Below, one piece after another: positions 58,363 through 64,000 of a stretch of DNA of 64,000 bases. The first letter of the stretch is position 1; each line of letters opens with the position of its first letter. The position numbers were made by a program, and so were the translations under genes. Below the pieces are notes generated by a model that made no database searches, was not told the DNA's origin, and was given only the letters and a program-made list of their open reading frames with translations. The DNA is from Gemmatimonas sp. (GTDB lineage: Bacteria > Gemmatimonadota > Gemmatimonadetes > Gemmatimonadales > Gemmatimonadaceae). The stretch spans positions 2,144,001-2,208,000 of the forward strand of contig OZ257156.1 in assembly GCA_965279375.1 (NCBI GenBank), in the 5' to 3' direction.

Positions 58363-61300
58363 CCAGTCGCGCCAACACGCGCGACTCCACGCTCGTAGCC
58401 GCCGCCCGCGCGCGCATATCGATCATCCACGCGCGTGCGGCCGCACTCGGCTCGTCCTGCGCGCCGCCCCGTGCGCTGGCAACGCGCGACAGCCAGTCCT
58501 CCAGCCGCTCGTCGCGGTTCGCATCGTACGGCTTGCCGGCGCCCAGTCGCTCCGGCCACTCGCGCGCTGCTGCAATCAATCGCGCTGCCTCATCCCAGCG
58601 TTGCGCCGCCATGGCATCCACCGCCAGCATCAGCTTGGCCTCGCGGTACAGCGCATGCCCCTCAGCGGCGCCCTCGTACGGTAGTACCGCAAGCGTAGAC
58701 AGCAGCGCATCCGCCTCCGAATAACGCTCGGCTGCAATCTGCGCACGCACCATCGTGAGTCCGAGGATGTAGCTGGACGGAATCTTGGTGTAGTACGCAC
58801 GTGCCGTGCTCACCGCGCCAGCCGCATCACCCGCCGCCAGTCGTCGCTCGGTCAGCAGCTTGCCGTAACGCCACGACGACGGGTCCAGCGCTGCCGCGCG
58901 CTCCAGGTCCGCGAGCTGCGCGCGGACCTCGCGCCCGGGTAGCGTCGCACGCGCGGCATACATCGGCGCATACATGGGCGTATTGCCCAATGCGTCCAGC
59001 AATCGCGCCGCTTCCGGTGCACGGCCGACGCCCCAATAGCCGAGCGCGAGGTAGTATCGCGGTTGCCAGTCGCTGCTCTCCAACGCAGCACCTTCGAGCG
59101 CCTCGATCACCTCCGCACGAAACGGGAACACGAGTGCCGATGAGAGCGCATTCGCGCGGGCGATCAGCGCAGCCGATTCGGCGTTCTGCGTCGGGCCGCG
59201 CGCCGCGGGCGTGCTCATCTCGCGCGACATCGTGCCGAGCAACGCCGCGCGCCAGTACAAGGCTTCGGGCTGCTCTCCCACCACCTCCAGCACGCGCAGT
59301 GCCAGCGTCCGTTCGCCGATGCCCTGATACCACGACGCAATCTGAAACAGCTGCTGCTCCGGCAACTCACTGCGCACACCCGCACGCAACTGCGCCCCTG
59401 CGTTCCGGGCGCCAGCCATCATCAATCGCTCGAATCGTGCGAGATGACTCAGCGGGTCCGCACGTTCGAGCGCACCGATCGCGGCGCGCAACGCCAGCGC
59501 ATCACCACGTCGGCGTGCAACGGCGACGCGTGCCCCGAGGGCATCGAGCGTACCCGGGTCGAGCGCGATCGCCTTGCGCGCATAAGACTCCGCCTTGCCC
59601 AAATCGCCTTCGGCGAGCCACAGCGTCGCCAGCTCTGTCCACGCGGCCGCGCGATACTCCAACGACTGCGAAGCAATTTCGAAGCCGTCGCGTGCATCGG
59701 CGAAGCGCCCAAGCCGACGGTTGGCCAGTCCGTAGTAGAAGTTCGACGCGCCGTCGTAGGTATCCACCGACAGCGCGATGCGTGCGTAGGCGCGCGCCGA
59801 GTCGTAGCGCAGCGAACGCAGCGCGATTGCGGCCCGGTCGGCGAGCGCCGGTACGTAGTGCGGATCACGTACCAGTGCGCTGTCCAGCAGCGGGAGTGCG
59901 CGATCATACTCGCGCTGCCGCATCAGCTCCTTGCCCTTGAGATGGAACCCGTAGGCAGAACTCCAGTCGAAGGTCTTGGGCGTCTCGAGCGGGCGATCAA
60001 GCGCGACGGTCGACGTGTCGCCGCGCCAACTCAATCGGTTCGCGCCGAGCGTCACGGCCAGGGACGCGAGCGACGCGCCAGCAACGTTGATGGTGTCGGC
60101 AAATGACTGCAGCGGCGATCGCCGCACACGGCGCGCGCGCAGCACACGCGAGCCGTTCATCACACGCAGCGTGTCGTCGATCGCGTTCACAGGCGAAATC
60201 GCGACGATCAGGCGATCGCCCGACTGCGTCACGTTGAGCGCGCCCACGTCACTCGCCGTCACGAACCCCTTCGTGCCGACGACAGGCATCCATCGCTCGG
60301 TCCAGCGATCAACCGTCTGCGGCGCAAAGCCGCGATGCTTGAACGGCGTGAAGGTGCTCCCTTCTGCGGACTGATTGAACAGTCGCCCTGATTGCAGCTC
60401 GGAGTACTGCCCGTCAGTGTCGGTGAGCAGATCTTCCCAGATCATCCCTTGGCGGGAGAGTCCCCAGATCCAGATCTTCTGCCCCGGCTTCTCGTCGCGC
60501 GGCGACACGCGCGCCATGCCGAAGTCCTGCTCGTGCCAGTACGCGCCGAAGAAGTCGCCCGCTCCGCCCAACACGTGATACGACTTGTAGCCACCAAAGT
60601 CGTTCTTCTCATACCACGACACATCGCGCGCGAGCGTCTTGTTGATCGGCCAGTCGCCCTTCTCGCCGTCATGCCCGATGAAGGCGTTCCCCGGAAACAC
60701 GTACTGCAGATTGTCTTTGGTCGGGATGCCTGCCGTCATCCACGTGTAGTACGGCTGCTCGAGCGAAGAGCCGTTGTACCACGTCGACGTGGTGGTGAAT
60801 GAAGCGTCGCCGGGTACGAGCTTCGTCTCCAACCGCCACGTGGTGTTGGTGAGCAGGTCCAGCGCGCCGGTGATGCAACTGACCGAGCCATCGGCGTTGC
60901 GACGCACTGTGTAGTCCACCGGCGTGGAGACATTCGGCGTGTGCCCGATGATGCCGTAGTTGGCTTCGATGCCACCGCTGGTCCACGGCCCACGCATCGC
61001 GATGTCGCGAAACTTGACGGCGTGGTTGTAGTAGATGAACGGCCGACCGCTTCGCTTCTCGATCGCAGCCCAGATCTTCCCGCCGATCTCGGGCAGAATC
61101 AGCACACGCACGTACTCGTTCTCGAGCTCCACCACCTTCCACTGCTTCGGCGTGGAGGTCGCGCTGAAGCCGTCGAACCGGAAGTACGGATAGATGCGCC
61201 CGACGACGGGAATGGGGTTCGGATCGCTGAACGGGTACGTCGGGAACGACTGTTCGTACTCACGCACGCGCGCGGTGCCGGCGGGCAGTCGTTGCGCCGG

Positions 61301-61384
61301 CTGCGCGACGAGGTCCCGAGGCAGCAGTGGCGATGCGACGGCGATGGCCAGCGCGCTACAGATCAGGCGAAGGGGTCGGCTCAT
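58340..61384 (-). CDS. DUF5107-domain protein with TPR repeats, secreted
   Basis: IYPYF, LENEY....LPE.GG.I, GPW.SGGIE.N, G.K.W.WG, Y.ELQSG; C-terminal TPR-like helices. Confidence 0.8.
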   Translation of the reverse strand: MSRPLRLICSALAIAVASPLLPRDLVAQPAQRLPAGTARVREYEQSFPTYPFSDPNPIPVVGRIYPYFRFDGFSATSTPKQWKVVELENEYVRVLILPEIGGKIWAAIEKRSGRPFIYYNHAVKFRDIAMRGPWTSGGIEANYGIIGHTPNVSTPVDYTVRRNADGSVSCITGALDLLTNTTWRLETKLVPGDASFTTTSTWYNGSSLEQPYYTWMTAGIPTKDNLQYVFPGNAFIGHDGEKGDWPINKTLARDVSWYEKNDFGGYKSYHVLGGAGDFFGAYWHEQDFGMARVSPRDEKPGQKIWIWGLSRQGMIWEDLLTDTDGQYSELQSGRLFNQSAEGSTFTPFKHRGFAPQTVDRWTERWMPVVGTKGFVTASDVGALNVTQSGDRLIVAISPVNAIDDTLRVMNGSRVLRARRVRRSPLQSFADTINVAGASLASLAVTLGANRLSWRGDTSTVALDRPLETPKTFDWSSAYGFHLKGKELMRQREYDRALPLLDSALVRDPHYVPALADRAAIALRSLRYDSARAYARIALSVDTYDGASNFYYGLANRRLGRFADARDGFEIASQSLEYRAAAWTELATLWLAEGDLGKAESYARKAIALDPGTLDALGARVAVARRRGDALALRAAIGALERADPLSHLARFERLMMAGARNAGAQLRAGVRSELPEQQLFQIASWYQGIGERTLALRVLEVVGEQPEALYWRAALLGTMSREMSTPAARGPTQNAESAALIARANALSSALVFPFRAEVIEALEGAALESSDWQPRYYLALGYWGVGRAPEAARLLDALGNTPMYAPMYAARATLPGREVRAQLADLERAAALDPSSWRYGKLLTERRLAAGDAAGAVSTARAYYTKIPSSYILGLTMVRAQIAAERYSEADALLSTLAVLPYEGAAEGHALYREAKLMLAVDAMAAQRWDEAARLIAAAREWPERLGAGKPYDANRDERLEDWLSRVASARGGAQDEPSAAARAWMIDMRARAAATSVESRVLARLARGERRP

Positions 61385-61474
61385 GGTCGGAAGCTACGAT
61401 CGCAGCCGACCCTCGAAAGAGCGCCTGCACGCGCAGCGGCTCGCTGGCGAGCGCTCGCCACGGCAGCCCGGGAG

Positions 61475-61507
61475 TTGCAGCTGCAAGTATTAATCGCTAT
61501 TCTTGCA
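61475..61507 (+). promoter_or_regulatory. Sigma70-like promoter with overlapping inverted-repeat operator of the TA operon
   Basis: TTGCAG-17 nt-TATTCT; TGCAAG-N14-CTTGCA at 61482-61507. Confidence 0.6.
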
Positions 61508-61511
61508 AAAC

Positions 61512-61889
61512 ATGCCAGCGCTTACCAGTGCACGCACGCAGCCCGATCCGGCCGCGGTGGTCGCCAAGGCGACCCTCTCCGCAGCGGAACGGCTCGGACT
61601 CAGCAATCGCCATCTCGCCTCCGTCATCGGGCTGAGCGAGGCGTCCGTTTCGCGGATGCAGCGCAGTCGCGGAGTAGACCCGGCCAGCAAGGAGGGGGAG
61701 CTCGCCCTCATGCTCGTGCGGCTCTATCGCTCGCTCGATGCCCTGGTCGGTGGCGACGATGTGCAGGCGCGGGCCTGGATGCACGCCATGAATGACCATC
61801 TGGGCGGCATTCCTGCCGAACGCATTCGCACCGTGGAGGGGCTCGTCGATGTCGTCCAGTATCTGGATGCAATGCGAGGGCGCCTCTAA
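61512..61889 (+). CDS. Xre/MbcA/ParS-type antitoxin
   Basis: HTH LGLS...LA.VIG.SEASVSR; R.YRSLDAL.G....AR.W....N..LG..P; V..YLDA.RG. Confidence 0.9.
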   Translation: MPALTSARTQPDPAAVVAKATLSAAERLGLSNRHLASVIGLSEASVSRMQRSRGVDPASKEGELALMLVRLYRSLDALVGGDDVQARAWMHAMNDHLGGIPAERIRTVEGLVDVVQYLDAMRGRL

Positions 61890-62607
61890 CCTCCGCTCGC
61901 TTCGGCTGGCGCCTTGGCGCGTCGTTGAGTCGCAGCACGAAGTCTCCACGCGCAAACTCGTGGACAACGCCGCCGAGCAGTCGCTGTTGGAGGAGTTGGT
62001 AGATGGTGTGAAGCCGCCGGTGTCTGTGGGTGGCAAGCTGCACTATCTGCTGTTCACGCCCTTTCGCTATCCACCGCTCCGCTACGGCTCACGCTTTGGC
62101 GCGCGCCACGAACGCGGCATCTGGTACGGTGCAGAGCAACAGCGCACGGCCTTCGCCGAGGTCGCCTACTACCGACTGCTGTTTCTCGACGGCACGCACG
62201 CCGAGTTGGATGTACTCGCGACCGAGCTCACCGCATTCACTGTACGCATGCGCTCCGCCCGCGGGATCGATCTCGATGCACCGCCGTTCGCTGCGCATCG
62301 CGCAGTGCTCGCGTCACCTGTCTCGTACGTCGCCACGCAGCAGCTTGGCGCGGAGATGCGTGCCGCCGGCGTCGAGCTCTTTCGCTTCTCCTCCGCGCGT
62401 GACGCTGACGGTGGCACGAACGTGGGTGCCTTCACACCGGCGGTCTTTCATCAGGCGCAGCCTCAGCATTTCGAGCGCTGGCACTGCACGGCCACGCGAG
62501 ATCACTTGGAGCTGACACGCGGTGATCTCACACGAAAGCCAGACACGCATCACTTCCCGCGAGCGCAGTTTCTTGTGCACGGCGCACTCCCAAAGCCGGC
62601 CATCTAG
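61849..62607 (+). CDS. RES-domain toxin (NAD+ phosphorylase-like)
   Basis: WRVVE (R), TPFRYPP..GSRF, AE.AYY (E), Y..TQ, SAR (S); GGAGG RBS inside the antitoxin gene. Confidence 0.9.
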   Translation: MSSSIWMQCEGASNLRSLRLAPWRVVESQHEVSTRKLVDNAAEQSLLEELVDGVKPPVSVGGKLHYLLFTPFRYPPLRYGSRFGARHERGIWYGAEQQRTAFAEVAYYRLLFLDGTHAELDVLATELTAFTVRMRSARGIDLDAPPFAAHRAVLASPVSYVATQQLGAEMRAAGVELFRFSSARDADGGTNVGAFTPAVFHQAQPQHFERWHCTATRDHLELTRGDLTRKPDTHHFPRAQFLVHGALPKPAI

Positions 62608-62682
62608 TTGTCGACGTGCGGTTGCGGGCTCGAGGCGATACAATTGCGCAGCGCGTCTTCCCCTCTCAACGGAGCATGACGA

Positions 62683-63579
62683 ATGGGTGTTGTACGATGG
62701 ATCGGCCGCGGTGCAATTGGACTGGTCGGGCTTGTCGCCCTAACCGCGGGTGGCGTCTACGCGAAGTCCAGTCGGGATCTCTCGCGCAAAGGCACGCCGC
62801 CGAGTCGCCCCGCACCGACGATCCTCACCGATTCTGCGACGCTCGAGCGAGGGCACAAACTCACGACGGTCAACGGCTGCCGCGAATGCCACGGGGAAAA
62901 TCTCGGCGGCAAGGTGATGGCCGACGATCCGGCCTTCGCGCGACTCGTTGCACCCAACCTCACCAGCGGCGAGGGCGGGGTGCTGCCTCGCTACGACGAT
63001 CGTGCGCTCGACGCGGCCATACGTGATGGCGTGGGCGCGGACGGCCACAAGCTCTTCATCATGCCGTCGGCGGAGTTCGCGGGACTGGCCGACGCCGACG
63101 TCGCGGCCATCATCGCCGACATTCGCGCGAGTCCACCGGTGAATAACACGGTCCCGCCGCTCGAAGTGCGTCCGGTCGCTCGTGCGCTGATCGCCACGGG
63201 GGTGATCAAGTTCGGGTACGACGAAATCGATCACGCGCGCGCCCTGCTACCGGTTGCGCCGACGGGGGGCACGGTCGAACATGGTCGCTACATCGCGGCC
63301 GGATGTGTTGGGTGCCATGCCAAGGATTTCGGCGGCGGCGCGGTACCGGGCGCTCCCTCGGGCTCAAAGCCGTCGAGCAACCTGACGCCGAGTGGCAACG
63401 TCGGAAAGTGGACGCAGGCGGAATTCATTCGCACGTTCCGCGATGGCACACGGCCCGATGGCACGAAGCTCGATCCACTGATGCCGTGGCAGATTCTTGG
63501 CAAGTTGAGCGACGAAGAGTTGCGGGGCGTCTATCTGTACCTGCGTTCGCTGCCGCCGAAGGCTGTCGACTCGAAGTAG
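62683..63579 (+). CDS. Membrane-anchored diheme cytochrome c
   Basis: CRECHG and CVGCH, APNLT/NLTP, MP ligands. Confidence 0.9.
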   Translation: MGVVRWIGRGAIGLVGLVALTAGGVYAKSSRDLSRKGTPPSRPAPTILTDSATLERGHKLTTVNGCRECHGENLGGKVMADDPAFARLVAPNLTSGEGGVLPRYDDRALDAAIRDGVGADGHKLFIMPSAEFAGLADADVAAIIADIRASPPVNNTVPPLEVRPVARALIATGVIKFGYDEIDHARALLPVAPTGGTVEHGRYIAAGCVGCHAKDFGGGAVPGAPSGSKPSSNLTPSGNVGKWTQAEFIRTFRDGTRPDGTKLDPLMPWQILGKLSDEELRGVYLYLRSLPPKAVDSK

Positions 63580-63610
63580 TCGCGGCGCGGTCGTCGCCTC
63601 GCGCGGTGGG

Positions 63611-64000
63611 TCAGCTCGCCTGCCGATCCGTTGGGAACGATGCTCGAAACACCGTGCGGCCGGGGCGCGATTCCGCCAACTCCAGGCGCCCCGCATGCAA
63701 CTCGGCAATGCGTCTGGCGATGGCCAGCCCTAACCCGGCGCCGCTTGTAGCGCTGTGCTCGGTCCGCGATCGGGCGGAGTCCACGCGGAAGAACCGCTCG
63801 AAGACGCGCTCGTGTGCGTCCGCTGGTATGCCCGGCCCTTCGTCTGCCACGTCGATCGTGTAACTATCGGCGGTGCGCGCCATCGACACGGTCACCGTGG
63901 TCCCACTCGGCGAGTACTTGATCGCGTTGTCGATCAGGTTGAGCACGAGCCGGCCGAGCAGGTCCGCGTCGCCATGGAATGGTGCTTCGACGATCTCGCC
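63611..64000 (-). CDS. Sensor histidine kinase, C-terminal HATPase domain (runs off window)
   Basis: NLIDNAIKY (N box), DEGPGI (G1), FERFFR (F), GAGLGLAI (G2). Confidence 0.92.
   Translation of the reverse strand, partial: GEIVEAPFHGDADLLGRLVLNLIDNAIKYSPSGTTVTVSMARTADSYTIDVADEGPGIPADAHERVFERFFRVDSARSRTEHSATSGAGLGLAIARRIAELHAGRLELAESRPGRTVFRASFPTDRQAS

Noticed and set aside
1..64000. CRISPR array, tRNA, rRNA
   Set aside because: No regularly spaced repeat-spacer units, cloverleaf or rRNA-like stretch found by eye; intergenic gaps are short.

Overview
GC-rich bacterial chromosomal window of about 50 genes. The gene content (PEP-CTERM proteins, membrane-anchored BTAD/TPR regulator, Ser/Thr kinase, DUF5916 outer-membrane protein, PQQ enzymes, many secreted hydrolases) looks Gemmatimonadota-like; this is an impression, not a database result. 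The main accessory feature is an ~11.3 kb minus-strand island (27445-38719) carrying an LpxR-like barrel protein, a DUF5675/L,D-transpeptidase-like protein, hsdR, hsdS, a PrrC-type anticodon nuclease, rhuM and hsdM. No integrase is visible. The island is bounded by two copies of the last 23 codons of an outer-membrane protein gene (27376-27444 and 38720-38788) that differ only at 7 synonymous third positions. It is followed by a 158-nt rod-like inverted repeat (38839-38996). Other candidates are a coupled periplasmic redox operon (heme c/Cu-monooxygenase-like protein, PQQ dehydrogenase, cytochrome c), a Tat-exported FMN oxidase with a CxxCH motif, a BTAD regulator with 11-bp-phased direct repeats in front of PEP-CTERM genes, an apparently dead alpha/beta-hydrolase, a membrane-anchored CHAT protease and a Xre-RES toxin-antitoxin pair. 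No rRNA, tRNA or CRISPR array was seen. All calls come from motif recognition by eye, and several start codons were re-chosen relative to the ORF track.
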